Shown: positions 37,800 through 48,306 of the stretch, piece by piece | How positions within the stretch are numbered: position 1 is the stretch's first letter | Layout of the letters: each line of letters begins with the position of its first letter | Position numbers and translations under genes: made by a program | Source: Treponema sp. | GTDB lineage: Bacteria; Spirochaetota; Spirochaetia; Treponematales; Rectinemataceae | Assembly (NCBI GenBank): GCA_012516755.1 | Contig: JAAYWE010000162.1 | Location: 1 to 58,918, forward strand | Direction: 5' to 3' | DNA length: 58,918 bases | The notes under the pieces: generated by a model | Seen by the model: only the letters and a program-made list of their open reading frames with translations | What the model was told of the DNA's origin: nothing | Database searches by the model: none

Positions 37800-39269
37800 A
37801 TGTCCGTTAGAGTGCGCTATGCCCCATCCCCTACAGGAAATCAACATATAGGCGGCGTAAGAACAGCGTTGATCAACTATCTATTCGCGAAATCCCAAGG
37901 TGGAACTTTTATTTTGCGCTTAGAGGATACGGATCGAACCCGTTATTCACAGGAATATGTTCAAAATCTATACGATACATTCAGGTGGCTTGGGTTTTAC
38001 TGGGACGAAGGTCCTGATGTCGGTGGCCCTAAGGGACCCTATGTGCAATCTGAACGAATAGATCTCTATCGAAGGTATGCAGAAGAACTTGTCCTTATGG
38101 GGAAGGCTTATTATTGTTTCTGCGATTCAGAGCGCCTCGAGAGACTTCGTCTGGAGCAGATCTCACAGAAAAAAGACGAAATAGGCTACGATCGCCATTG
38201 TCGTTTTATCACAGAAGAAGAAAGAGCACAAAGGCTCGCGGAAGCAACACCTTATGTGATCAGGCTAAAAATCCCCCTTCATGGGGTAACGGTTTTCCAC
38301 GATGCTCTTCTTGGTCAAATAGAATGGAAAAATGAGGATATAAGCCCAGACCCGGTTCTATTAAAGTCCGACGGTTTTCCGACCTATCATCTGGCTAATG
38401 TGATAGATGATCATTTGATGGGAATTACAAACATTATGCGTGCTCAGGAGTGGATTCCTTCGGCTCCTATGCACAAGATCATGTATGATGCCTTTGGTTG
38501 GGAAATGCCTGAACTCTGTCATCTGCCTATGGTACTGGGTAAAGACGGTCACAAGCTATCCAAGCGACATGGGGCTACGGCAGTGAAGGAATTTCGGAAA
38601 GCTGGCTATCTTCCTGAAGCACTCATCAATTATATCGCTCTGCTTGGGTGTTCGTATGAAGATGGTCGGGATTTATATAGTTTAGACGAGCTTGTTCGTC
38701 TATTCAAAATAGACAGACTCAATAAGGCACCTGCAGTATTCGATTATCAAAAACTGGAGTGGTTCAATGGTCAATATATCCGCATGAAAAGCGATAAAGA
38801 GCTAGCCGAGCTTATTCGTCCATATTTGATCGATGCTGGCTTGAGAACTGAAGAAGACCCACAAAAGGACCGGATGGAGCTGGCCGCAATACCATTAATC
38901 AAAGAGAGACTAAAGCTGCTTGGAGATTCGCCTGCGATCATGTCCTATCTCTATAAACGACTGGAAATGCCTCCGGCAGAGGCATTTATTCCCAAGAGAG
39001 CCAGCATGGACGAAGCAATAATGTATCTTGAGGAATGCAGATCGATCATTCAGGATTCTAATCTCGACGACATTCCCGCCGTTGAGGAGAGATTTAAGGA
39101 ATTTGCTACAGTGATTGGAAAGAAACTTGGAGACATTCTGATGCCTCTAAGGGTTGCGATCACTTATTCTCGTGTCAGCCCGCCACTATTTGAATCGATG
39201 CGGATTCTTGGAAAAGAGGAATGTATTGTAAGAATCGAGGCTGCAATAGCATATCTGCGGGGAGCTTGA
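37800..39269 (+). CDS. gltX: Glutamate--tRNA ligase
   Basis: RYAPSPTG..HIGG, RLEDTD, KLSKRHG. Confidence 0.97.
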   Translation: MSVRVRYAPSPTGNQHIGGVRTALINYLFAKSQGGTFILRLEDTDRTRYSQEYVQNLYDTFRWLGFYWDEGPDVGGPKGPYVQSERIDLYRRYAEELVLMGKAYYCFCDSERLERLRLEQISQKKDEIGYDRHCRFITEEERAQRLAEATPYVIRLKIPLHGVTVFHDALLGQIEWKNEDISPDPVLLKSDGFPTYHLANVIDDHLMGITNIMRAQEWIPSAPMHKIMYDAFGWEMPELCHLPMVLGKDGHKLSKRHGATAVKEFRKAGYLPEALINYIALLGCSYEDGRDLYSLDELVRLFKIDRLNKAPAVFDYQKLEWFNGQYIRMKSDKELAELIRPYLIDAGLRTEEDPQKDRMELAAIPLIKERLKLLGDSPAIMSYLYKRLEMPPAEAFIPKRASMDEAIMYLEECRSIIQDSNLDDIPAVEERFKEFATVIGKKLGDILMPLRVAITYSRVSPPLFESMRILGKEECIVRIEAAIAYLRGA

Positions 39270-39337
39270 CCTAACTATTCAATCCAAGCGATATTTTGTT
39301 TACTGTGCCTCTGAAGCGCAGCAAGGAGACTTGTATC

Positions 39338-41065
39338 ATGTCTGAATCAATTGAAAAGCCTGAATATCTGGATTTTATCCGCGAGGCAGTTGCTGAAGAT
39401 TTGCGGATCGGGCGATGCAAAGAAGTCCGTACCAGGTTTCCACCAGAACCAAATGGATGGCTTCACATAGGTCATGCCAAAGCACTTTTTGTGGATTTTG
39501 GTGTGGCTCAGGACTTTGGTGGTAAATGCAATCTGCGAATGGATGACACAAATCCAGAAAAAGAAGATATGGAGTATGTGGAGGCAATCAAAAGAGATAT
39601 AAAATGGCTAGGCTTCGACTGGGAAGACAGGCTTTTTTTTGCTTCTGATTACTATGAGAGACTATTTGAGTTGGCCTGTAAATTGATCAATAAAGGCCTT
39701 GCCTATGTCGATGATCTGGATGAAGAACAGATTAAAGAATATCGGGGCACGAATGTGCCGGATAAGAATAATATTACCTTTACTCCTCCTGGTCGAAACA
39801 GCCCATGGAGAGATCGTTCCCCCAAAGAGAATCTTGATCTATTCGAAAGAATGCGAGCCGGCGAATTCCCTGATGGTTCAAAGACTCTACGCGCAAAGAT
39901 CGATATGGCTCATCCTAATCTCCTCATGCGAGACCCTGTTATGTACAGAATCAGAAGAATTCCTCACTATAGGACAGGAACAAGGTGGTGCATATATCCA
40001 ATGTACGATTTTGCACACCCACTCTCCGACGCCATCGAGGGAATAACCCATTCTTTATGTTCTCTAGAGTACGAGATTCATAGACCCTTGTATGAATGGT
40101 TTATTCAAAACTGCGAGGTATTCCCTAGTCGCCAAATTGAATTCGCTCGTCTTAACCTATCTCATACAGTTCTCTCTAAGCGCTGGCTGCTTCAACTTGT
40201 CCGAGGGAAAAAGGTCAAAGGTTGGGATGATCCTCGCATGCCCACTATTGCCGGCATGCGTAGGCGCGGATATCCTGCGGCAGGGATCAGGGATTTTTTG
40301 GGGAGAATTGGTATTGCAAAGACTGATTCTCTAGTGGATATTCAGCTGTTAGAGCATTGTATACGCGAAGAATTAAATGCACATGCAAATCGTTATATGG
40401 CTGTCATGAATCCCGTAAAGCTTGTTATAGAAAACTGGCATAAAGGAAAAATCGAATGGCTTGAAGCCATCAACAATCCGGAGGATCCTTCCGCAGGCAT
40501 AAGAAAGATTCCTTTTAGTGGCACTCTCTACATAGATCGAGAAGATTTTAAAGAAACTCCTCCGCCCAAATATTATAGACTCTATCCTGGCAATCAGGTT
40601 CGATTGCGCTATGGTTATGTTGTTACTTGTACGGGTTTTGAAAAAGATCCGATCAGTGGAGAAATTGAGAGAATAAGATGTGTCTATGATCCAAATACAA
40701 GAGGCGGAGACGCACCCGACAATCGAAAAGTAAAAGGAACTATCCAATGGGTCTGTGCCATGCATGCAGTTCCAATTGAAGCAAGATTATACGATCATCT
40801 CTTCGATGCGGAACGCCCCATGGAAGTGCCTGAAGGTAAAACTTTTTTTGATAATCTCTCTGACCACTCTCTTATAATCGAATCTAGAGCGGTGGCCGAG
40901 CCAGCCATAGCCGAAATTGGAAAAGGCGAGACAGTACAATTTGAGAGGATAGGATATTTTTGCAAGGATCTCGAATCAACAAGCGACCTTGCCATTTTCA
41001 ATCGTACGGTCACTTTGAAGGATACTTGGGCAAAAATAGAAAAGAAACTTCAGAGGAATCCTTAA
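39338..41065 (+). CDS. glnS: Glutamine--tRNA ligase
   Basis: TRFPPEPNG.LHIGHAKA, DDTNP, YPMYDFAH, GWDDPRMPT, FNRTVTLKD; AAGGAG SD before ATG 39338. Confidence 0.96.
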   Translation: MSESIEKPEYLDFIREAVAEDLRIGRCKEVRTRFPPEPNGWLHIGHAKALFVDFGVAQDFGGKCNLRMDDTNPEKEDMEYVEAIKRDIKWLGFDWEDRLFFASDYYERLFELACKLINKGLAYVDDLDEEQIKEYRGTNVPDKNNITFTPPGRNSPWRDRSPKENLDLFERMRAGEFPDGSKTLRAKIDMAHPNLLMRDPVMYRIRRIPHYRTGTRWCIYPMYDFAHPLSDAIEGITHSLCSLEYEIHRPLYEWFIQNCEVFPSRQIEFARLNLSHTVLSKRWLLQLVRGKKVKGWDDPRMPTIAGMRRRGYPAAGIRDFLGRIGIAKTDSLVDIQLLEHCIREELNAHANRYMAVMNPVKLVIENWHKGKIEWLEAINNPEDPSAGIRKIPFSGTLYIDREDFKETPPPKYYRLYPGNQVRLRYGYVVTCTGFEKDPISGEIERIRCVYDPNTRGGDAPDNRKVKGTIQWVCAMHAVPIEARLYDHLFDAERPMEVPEGKTFFDNLSDHSLIIESRAVAEPAIAEIGKGETVQFERIGYFCKDLESTSDLAIFNRTVTLKDTWAKIEKKLQRNP

Positions 41066-41122
41066 TAATTTCTTGATCCTCAATGATTAAGCAATCATAT
41101 TCCATTAAAGGAGTAAAAATCT

Positions 41123-42499
41123 ATGTCAGAGACCGTGGTAACTATGGAAAAGATTGTTTCCCTCGCAAAACGTCGAGGTTTTGTATTTCAATCCTCGGAG
41201 ATATATGGAGGTCTTTCCGGGGCTTGGGACTATGGCCCTCAAGGAATTGAGCTAAAGAATAGGATCGCTCGATTCTGGTGGAAGGAAATGACTCAGATGC
41301 ATGATAACATAGTAGGTCTTGATGCGGCCATTTTAATGCACCCCAGGGTATGGGAAGCTTCCGGACATGTTGAAAACTTCACCGACCCCCTTGTCGATTG
41401 CAAAAAATGCAAGAGTCGCTTTAGAGCGGATCAAATCCCGCCCGAAAATCTTGCTGCCAAAAAATGCCCGGATTGTGGCGGCGAGCTGACCGATACTCGC
41501 AAATTCAACCTTATGTTCAAGACCACTCTAGGCCCAGTGGAAGATGAATCCGGCCTTGTATACCTGCGACCTGAAACGGCACAGGGAATTTATGTGAACT
41601 TCAAGAATGTTCAGCAATCCAACCGCATGAAGATTCCGTTCGGCATCGCGCAGATTGGAAAAGCTTTTCGCAACGAAATAGTCACGAAAAATTTTATATT
41701 CAGAACCTGTGAGTTTGAACAGATGGAGATGCAATTCTTTGTTAAGCCTGGTACGGACGAAGATTGGTTCGAATATTGGCGTTCAGAGCGATGGAGCTAT
41801 TACCAAAAAATGGGCGTGAATATGGATAAATTGCGCTGGCATAAGCATGGACCCGATGAATTAGCTCACTATGCCAAAGATGCTTATGATATCGAATACG
41901 AGTTTCCCATGGGCTTCAAAGAACTCGAAGGAGTCCATAATCGTACCAATTATGATTTGAGCCGCCATCAGCAGTATTCAGGCAAGGATCTGGAATATAT
42001 TGATCAAGATAGTGGAAACGAACGCTATATTCCATACATAATAGAGACGAGTGCTGGTTTGACCAGACAGCTTCTAATGCTGCTATGCGATTCTTACGAA
42101 GAACAAAAAATATCTGATAAAGGTAACGAAGATGATTGGCGCACGGTACTTCATTTTCATCCGGTTTTGGCTCCAACTACGGTCGCGGTTCTGCCTCTCA
42201 TGAAAAAGGATGGCTTAGCTGAACTAGCCCAGGATATTCGCATCGAACTAAAAGATGATTTTGTAACTGACTATGATCAGTCTGGTGCCATTGGCAGGCG
42301 TTATCGGCGGCAGGATGAAATTGGCACACCTTTTTGCGTGACTATCGACTATCAGACAAAAAACGATAATACTGTGACAGTTCGGGACAGGGACAGCATG
42401 CTCCAGGAAAGGATATCTCGGGCTAATCTAACCTCATACATACAACAAAAAATAAAAAATTATCATGCTCCCAATAGATCGGAAGTAGCTTGTAGCTAA
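41123..42499 (+). CDS. glyQS: Glycine--tRNA ligase, alpha2 type
   Basis: KRRGF, YLRPETAQG, GKAFRNEI, EFEQME, IGRRYRRQDEIGTP. Confidence 0.96.
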   Translation: MSETVVTMEKIVSLAKRRGFVFQSSEIYGGLSGAWDYGPQGIELKNRIARFWWKEMTQMHDNIVGLDAAILMHPRVWEASGHVENFTDPLVDCKKCKSRFRADQIPPENLAAKKCPDCGGELTDTRKFNLMFKTTLGPVEDESGLVYLRPETAQGIYVNFKNVQQSNRMKIPFGIAQIGKAFRNEIVTKNFIFRTCEFEQMEMQFFVKPGTDEDWFEYWRSERWSYYQKMGVNMDKLRWHKHGPDELAHYAKDAYDIEYEFPMGFKELEGVHNRTNYDLSRHQQYSGKDLEYIDQDSGNERYIPYIIETSAGLTRQLLMLLCDSYEEQKISDKGNEDDWRTVLHFHPVLAPTTVAVLPLMKKDGLAELAQDIRIELKDDFVTDYDQSGAIGRRYRRQDEIGTPFCVTIDYQTKNDNTVTVRDRDSMLQERISRANLTSYIQQKIKNYHAPNRSEVACS

Positions 42500-42592
42500 T
42501 AGCTAAGGCCAAAGATCATAAAATTTCCCTCTAATATTGATATTTCAGGGAGGTTCTGTGTATTCTAATGATTCACTAATTCAAATCTAAAT

Positions 42593-42632
42593 CAGCAAAT
42601 CACCACTTCATATTTGAAGTGGTGATTTGCTG
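42593..42632. terminator. 18-bp perfect hairpin between convergent glyQS and HU genes
   Basis: CAGCAAATCACCACTTCA-TATT-TGAAGTGGTGATTTGCTG; weak U tract. Confidence 0.65.
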
Positions 42633-42648
42633 TAACTCTAAGGATAGT

Positions 42649-42948
42649 TCACTCGCCTAGAACGGCATCCTTGCAGGGTTTAGCCACAGTAATCTTGATA
42701 ACTTCCCGAGCTGGAATAGTAATCTGTTCTCCTGTTGCCGGATTGCGTCCAACCTTGGCTTTGCGATGGACAACTTTCATAATCGCTATGCCCGGGATGG
42801 TAAACTTCTTGTTCTTCTTAGCTTCTGAATAAGCGAGCTTAGCAAACTCATCCAGCAAAAGATTGACATCTTTCTTAGTAAAGCCTGTGGACTTTGCTAA
42901 TGAATCAATAATCTCGACCTTGGTCAGTGGTTTTCCTGTCGATGGCAT
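42649..42948 (-). CDS. hup: HU family DNA-binding protein
   Basis: LTKVEII N-terminus, R..K.GRNPATGE.ITIPA arm. Confidence 0.92.
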   Translation of the reverse strand: MPSTGKPLTKVEIIDSLAKSTGFTKKDVNLLLDEFAKLAYSEAKKNKKFTIPGIAIMKVVHRKAKVGRNPATGEQITIPAREVIKITVAKPCKDAVLGE

Positions 42949-43193
42949 ATTCTTCCCCTTTTTTTCGAGAATGGCGACTCAGCATAATAAGGAGCCGTCG
43001 CAAATATGCATGAAGCATATTCCTGTTTTTATTTTACCACAATTATGTCCCTTGTCTAGATTTGGCATTGAAAACTTGTAGTATTTCTTACTTTTTGGAA
43101 GGAATAATCGCTTTTTGGCGAGTACAACAATAGAATAACTTGAGCAAGTTGGCAATTTCATCCTATACTGCAAAACTTAAAGGAGCATTTTTC

Positions 43194-44423
43194 ATGAACA
43201 GAGCGCTCGAGATCTTAAAAGAACGCGGTTTTGTGCAGCAATGCAGTGATTTAGAGGGGCTTTCTAAGCTAATGGACGAAAGGCCGATTACTTTCTATAT
43301 AGGCACTGATCCAACGGGTCCTTCTCTGCACATAGGGCATATGGTTCCATTTTTTGCAATGCGCCATCTAATAGGTGCTGGCCACAGAGGCATAGCGCTC
43401 TTAGGAGGTGGAACGGCGCGCATTGGAGACCCATCGGGTAAGGCTGAGATGAGAAAGCTCATTTCCTATGAAGAAATAGATGCTAATACTGAGAGGTTTA
43501 AGGCGCAGCTCGATAATTTCATCCATTTCGACGGCGACCATGCGCTGACCGCTAATAATAAGGACTGGTTATCCAACCTCAATTACATCGAATTTTTGCG
43601 TGATATAGGTCGCCATTTTTCTGTGAATAGGATGCTTTCCTTTGAAAGCTATAGAATGCGGCTGGAGACAGGGCTTTCCTTTATCGAGTTTAACTATCAA
43701 CTTTTGCAGAGCTATGATTATCTTCAGCTCCATAAGCTTCATGATTGTCGATTGCAGATAGGGGGCGACGATCAGTGGGGCAATATTGTGGCCGGAATTG
43801 AATTGATAAGAAGAGTAGAGGGTGCCGAGTGTTTTGGTCTTACTTTTCCACTGGTAACTACCAGCGATGGCAGAAAAATGGGAAAGACCGAAAGAGGCGC
43901 ACTATTTCTTGATCCAGATATCACAAGTCCCTATGAGTTTTTCCAGTATTTTAGAAATGTGCCAGATGGTGATGTAGAGAGATTCTTGCTAATGTTTACT
44001 TTTCTGCCTATAGAAGAATGCAGATATCTAGGTTCACTAAAGGACAAAGCGCTTAACGAAGCTAAAGAGCGACTTGCATGGGAAGTAACATCTCTTATCC
44101 ATGGCCAAGAAGAAGCGGATAAAGCGCTAAGTGCAGCCGGGGCAGCTTTTAAGGGAGAAGGAGACGCTTCACAACTTCCAACTATCGAGGTCGAAATATC
44201 TCGGCTGGATTCAGGCATTGGAGTGCTGGATCTATTTGTAGAAGCAGGACTTGCGCCCTCTAAGAGCGAAGCGCGCAGACTAGTCAAGCAAAGCGGCGCC
44301 TCGGTTAATGGCAGAAAAATAGAAAACGAAATGCAGACCTTGACATCGAGCGATTTAATAGATGGCGCACTCATGCTCAAAGCTGGGAAAAAGCGTGTTG
44401 CGCGGATAGTGCCAAAGTTATAA
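43194..44423 (+). CDS. tyrS: Tyrosine--tRNA ligase
   Basis: GTDPTGPSLHIGH, QIGGDDQWGNI, KMGKT, C-terminal S4 domain; AAGGAG SD. Confidence 0.97.
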   Translation: MNRALEILKERGFVQQCSDLEGLSKLMDERPITFYIGTDPTGPSLHIGHMVPFFAMRHLIGAGHRGIALLGGGTARIGDPSGKAEMRKLISYEEIDANTERFKAQLDNFIHFDGDHALTANNKDWLSNLNYIEFLRDIGRHFSVNRMLSFESYRMRLETGLSFIEFNYQLLQSYDYLQLHKLHDCRLQIGGDDQWGNIVAGIELIRRVEGAECFGLTFPLVTTSDGRKMGKTERGALFLDPDITSPYEFFQYFRNVPDGDVERFLLMFTFLPIEECRYLGSLKDKALNEAKERLAWEVTSLIHGQEEADKALSAAGAAFKGEGDASQLPTIEVEISRLDSGIGVLDLFVEAGLAPSKSEARRLVKQSGASVNGRKIENEMQTLTSSDLIDGALMLKAGKKRVARIVPKL

Positions 44424-44430
44424 GAACAGC

Positions 44431-45156
44431 ATGCAGCACCTATTTCTTGCACTTGCGGATATTCATGGCAATATCAATGCTCTGGAACAGATACTCAAGG
44501 CAAATTTCAACATAGAAGGAATTTTTGTAGCAGGAGACCTTACGAATTTCGGAAAAGAAAAAGAAGCCCAAAGAGTGCTCTTAGCTTTTTCGAGCATTGC
44601 ACCCAAGGCCAAACTCTATTTTTTGGCCGGAAATTGCGATACCGCAGAAGCAAGGAAGTGCTTTGATATGCAACCAGGCTATATTGAACAGCGATGCTGC
44701 GCCCTTCTACCTGAGAAGGAGATATGGATCATTGGTTGTGGTGGAGGTCTATATCATACTGGCCTGACACCTTTCGAAATAAGAGAAGAAGGGCTGGAAA
44801 GCGGAATAAAGCAAGCCCTTAAATGCGCTATTCGAGGTTATAGAGATATTTCAAGTATGGATGGTTCAGAGCCCACTCCAGGTCTCATTGTTTTGACTCA
44901 CACTCCGCCCAAAGACACCTTTTCCGACATGCGTCATTCGCGTCATATAGGAAGTGCAGCTTTCCAGACATTCCTGTATGAGCAGGAGCCTCTTCTATGG
45001 ATTTGTGGCCATATCCATGAGGGTAAAAGCATCCATATTGAAAATAAGACCTTAGTGGTTAATCCAGGGCCGGCTGCCCATGGTTTGTATTCCCTAATCC
45101 TCCTAAAAAAATCTCCTAAGGGCTGGAAAGCCGCAGCAGAACTAAGATCGATATGA
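44431..45156 (+). CDS. Calcineurin-like metallophosphoesterase
   Basis: DIHG, GDLT, GNCD, THTPP, CGHIHE, NPG. Confidence 0.9.
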   Translation: MQHLFLALADIHGNINALEQILKANFNIEGIFVAGDLTNFGKEKEAQRVLLAFSSIAPKAKLYFLAGNCDTAEARKCFDMQPGYIEQRCCALLPEKEIWIIGCGGGLYHTGLTPFEIREEGLESGIKQALKCAIRGYRDISSMDGSEPTPGLIVLTHTPPKDTFSDMRHSRHIGSAAFQTFLYEQEPLLWICGHIHEGKSIHIENKTLVVNPGPAAHGLYSLILLKKSPKGWKAAAELRSI

Positions 45157-45171
45157 TATTCTCGCCATTTA

Positions 45172-46155
45172 TCACCGACCGGTAGGACTATAAAGATATT
45201 TGAAGTAGTCCATCCCCGTAGACAGCGTCTTATTAAATGCAGGCATTGTCTTGCGATATGACTCGATTGCTTTCCAGAATTCGAAGAATGATGGATCTCT
45301 GCCAAAGGAATCGGCGTAGATCTTCGAAGCTTCGGCATCGGCCTTTCCTTTTATAGATTCACCTTTTGCATACGCAGAAGACAAAATGGTGCGCTTTTCA
45401 TTTTCCAATTTGCCGAGCCATTCGGCTTTCTTCCCCTCACCATAAGCTCTGAACGCTTGTGCTATTTGATTTCTTTCCTTTATCATTCGCTGATATACAC
45501 TTTCGCTAAGTTCATCGGAGTACTTGATTTGCCGTGGAAGGATATCCACAACTTCAATACCAAAAGAAGGAACTATGTCTGAGACAAGCGCTCTCATTTC
45601 TTCTGTCAGTTCCAGGCGCCCCTTTTCGATTTTTTCGTATTGCGTTGGTGTTATTGCGAGCTGCTGAAGAGTTGCACTGTTTTCCACGTCTCCTGTTTGA
45701 AAACTCTCTACCTGGTTTTCCGAAAGAATTTCGTCGCTGCTACGAACCGCCTCTCGAAGATAATTCGAAGAGATAACAGTTCTCACCGCCGAATCGATGA
45801 CATCGCTAAGCTTGCTATATGCTGCGTTCAGGTCATTCACAGATTCATAGAATTTTATTGGATCCGCAATTCTCCAGCGAGCGGTAGTATCTACATAGAT
45901 AAATTGATTTTCTTTAGTGGGAATTCTCTGGGGTTCTCCATCCCAGGACATAAGTCTTTTAGGATATTTTATGACAGTATCGATAATAGGGCTGCGCCAT
46001 TTTAATCCGGCATCGCTATGAGAGTTGACTATTTTACCAAAACGTACTACTACGGCTTGTTCACCCTCATTTAGCACAAAAAGTGGACCAAAGATCACGA
46101 TGAATAAAATAGCTAATGCCACAACAACCGTTATTATTATTGATGCTTTTTTCAT
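45172..46155 (-). CDS. hflC: FtsH modulator HflC
   Basis: SPFH domain, RMIKER...A..FRAYG, Y..SFGRDP.FFEF. Confidence 0.93.
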   Translation of the reverse strand: MKKASIIITVVVALAILFIVIFGPLFVLNEGEQAVVVRFGKIVNSHSDAGLKWRSPIIDTVIKYPKRLMSWDGEPQRIPTKENQFIYVDTTARWRIADPIKFYESVNDLNAAYSKLSDVIDSAVRTVISSNYLREAVRSSDEILSENQVESFQTGDVENSATLQQLAITPTQYEKIEKGRLELTEEMRALVSDIVPSFGIEVVDILPRQIKYSDELSESVYQRMIKERNQIAQAFRAYGEGKKAEWLGKLENEKRTILSSAYAKGESIKGKADAEASKIYADSFGRDPSFFEFWKAIESYRKTMPAFNKTLSTGMDYFKYLYSPTGR

Positions 46156-47141
46156 CTTGAAGCCTCCTGAGAAGAAGGAGTCTGGGCTAGATTCTTTATT
46201 GGCAAGAGATTCTGAAGCGATTTATCGATTAGGTCCACATGCTCTTGGTCCTTAAATATCTCCTCCATCATTTCGTAATATAGACGCTTTCGTGTTACTT
46301 CGGGCGCCTTGCGATATTCTTCATAGACAGAATTGAAACGAGAGACATCACCCTTTGCCACATTGACACGCTCTGAAGCATAGCCTTGCGCAACTTCTAG
46401 TACTTGGTCCGCTTGACCTTGTACCTTTGGGATTTCTGCGTTATATGCTTCTCTTCCTTCATTGATGAGCCTGTTCATATCCTGGATCGCCTTGTTCACA
46501 TCTTCAAAGGCCGCTTGAACGCCTTCCGGAGGTACAATGTTTTGAAGCTGAACTTGTGTCACCGTAATTCCAAGACCATATATCGAAAAGAATTCGTTCA
46601 TAAGGGTAACCGCGGTTTCCTGAATACTCTGGCGCTCAGGCCCTATGACTCCCAGAATGGTCCTATCACCGACAAGCATGTTTAGCACCATCTGAGAAGT
46701 ATCTCTTATTGTTTTTTCTTTATCCATCACATTGAACAGCCAGGCCTTTGGATCTGTAATACGATATTGTATGATCCACTCGACATCTACAATATTGAGG
46801 TCTCCAGTCAACATCGTTGATTCATCTGGGAATTTTTCGTTCGAGTATTGGGTAATGATGCCTGGTTTTACGGTTCTAAAGCCGAAAGCTTCGGTTTGAA
46901 CCACCTGAGTTTTTACCAGATGGGCTTTTTGAATTCCAAAGGGCAGCTTGTAATGAAGTCCTGCTCCAAGGGTCTTTGTATACTTTCCAAAGGTTGTAAT
47001 GACAGCTTTTTCGGTTTGGTCTACTACGACAAAGCTTGTCAGCAAAAAGACTAAGACTGCTAAAGCTACAATTATGATTATTACAATCGGCCATTTTAGT
47101 TTTACATTCAGTTTTTTCTTAGGATTGATAATATCTGCCAT
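46152..47141 (-). CDS. hflK: FtsH modulator HflK
   Basis: MLTGDLNIVDVEWIIQYRI, VQAAFEDV, KAPEVTRKRLYYE. Confidence 0.94.
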   Translation of the reverse strand: MADIINPKKKLNVKLKWPIVIIIIVALAVLVFLLTSFVVVDQTEKAVITTFGKYTKTLGAGLHYKLPFGIQKAHLVKTQVVQTEAFGFRTVKPGIITQYSNEKFPDESTMLTGDLNIVDVEWIIQYRITDPKAWLFNVMDKEKTIRDTSQMVLNMLVGDRTILGVIGPERQSIQETAVTLMNEFFSIYGLGITVTQVQLQNIVPPEGVQAAFEDVNKAIQDMNRLINEGREAYNAEIPKVQGQADQVLEVAQGYASERVNVAKGDVSRFNSVYEEYRKAPEVTRKRLYYEMMEEIFKDQEHVDLIDKSLQNLLPIKNLAQTPSSQEASR

Positions 47142-48183
47142 GTTTTGCCCCCTTCTCAGGAAATAGATTATTGTCACATATTTCTAATGATTGTTCTATC
47201 CTATGAGAAATCAGAGCATCAACTTCCTCATGATCTATTTGGAACAAATCGGAAACAGCAAGGTTAAAATCACCAGGAAGAGGGTCAAAAATAGTCAAAG
47301 GCATGTCTTCAAAAATAGGTTCTGGAAAGCCTAAACAACATGAATGCAAAAAATAACTGCTGATTTTGGCTGTCTTAGATCCTCCATATTTTGAATCGCC
47401 GACAAGCGGATAGCCATGAGATGCTAGTTGTGCTCTTATTTGATGCGTAAGTCCTGTTATGAGTTCGATAAGCAAAAAACTATATGACTTATTATGCATC
47501 AATGGAGATAGATAAAGGCTCGCTTCTTTGCCTTTTCTATCATCTAATAGGCTCAATTTTCTCTTTTTATCGCGCAGAATAAAATCCTTTAACGAGATAG
47601 GTTCATCTATCTTTCCTTGAACTATTGCAGCATAGAACTTGCGAATTCTTCTGTTCTTCATTGCAACACTGAAAAGTTCCGCGCCTTTCCTGGTTTTTGA
47701 GAAAAAAATGATTCCAGAGGTGTTCCTATCCAGTCGATGCAGTGGTCCTGGAGAAAATGACGCAGATGGCTCCAATTGATCATAGAGGATTCTCTGCACA
47801 TAAGCATTGAGACTAGAGCTTCCATCGTGTACCAATATTCCTCGCGGCTTATCAAAAGCAATAAGTTGGGCATTCTGCCACAAGATGCGGGGAATTTCGG
47901 AAAAAGCCACCTGTGAATATTCTTTTTTAGGAAGAGTACTTTTTATTATGGTTTGGTTTTGACCATTCTCCAGACTTCTTTCGGAGAACTTTATTTCGAT
48001 GACATCTCCTTCTTTTAGTCTATCATTCGGCGCAATAGGAATATTCGAAATCCTTATATCTCCCTGGCGGAAAAGGCGATAGATTGTCGAAAGAGCCGTA
48101 TCTTTTAGCACCTTTCTGACTATTCTGTCAGCGCGCCGTCCATCGTCATCCCTGCTAAGGGTGATGATCAACAATTTGCCCAC
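47119..48183 (-). CDS. RluA/RluC-family pseudouridine synthase with S4 domain
   Basis: RADR S4 motif, KPRGILVH, HRLDRNTSG, TGLTHQIRAQL, GDSKYG. Confidence 0.92.
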   Translation of the reverse strand: MGKLLIITLSRDDDGRRADRIVRKVLKDTALSTIYRLFRQGDIRISNIPIAPNDRLKEGDVIEIKFSERSLENGQNQTIIKSTLPKKEYSQVAFSEIPRILWQNAQLIAFDKPRGILVHDGSSSLNAYVQRILYDQLEPSASFSPGPLHRLDRNTSGIIFFSKTRKGAELFSVAMKNRRIRKFYAAIVQGKIDEPISLKDFILRDKKRKLSLLDDRKGKEASLYLSPLMHNKSYSFLLIELITGLTHQIRAQLASHGYPLVGDSKYGGSKTAKISSYFLHSCCLGFPEPIFEDMPLTIFDPLPGDFNLAVSDLFQIDHEEVDALISHRIEQSLEICDNNLFPEKGAKHGRYYQS

Positions 48184-48189
48184 GAATTG

Positions 48190-48218
48190 ACCATAATGTT
48201 TTGGAGCTGGTTGGTCAA
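48190..48218 (-). promoter_or_regulatory. Putative sigma70 promoter of rluA-hflKC, probably leaderless
   Basis: TTGACC-17-TATGGT, then 6 nt, then GTG 48183; no SD. Confidence 0.6.
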
Positions 48219-48306
48219 CGACTGCCTATGCTTCAATCATGCTTGACAGAGCCCTAAGCATCTTACACACTCTACATAATACGTAATCAGGCTATATAGT
48301 TCTTAA

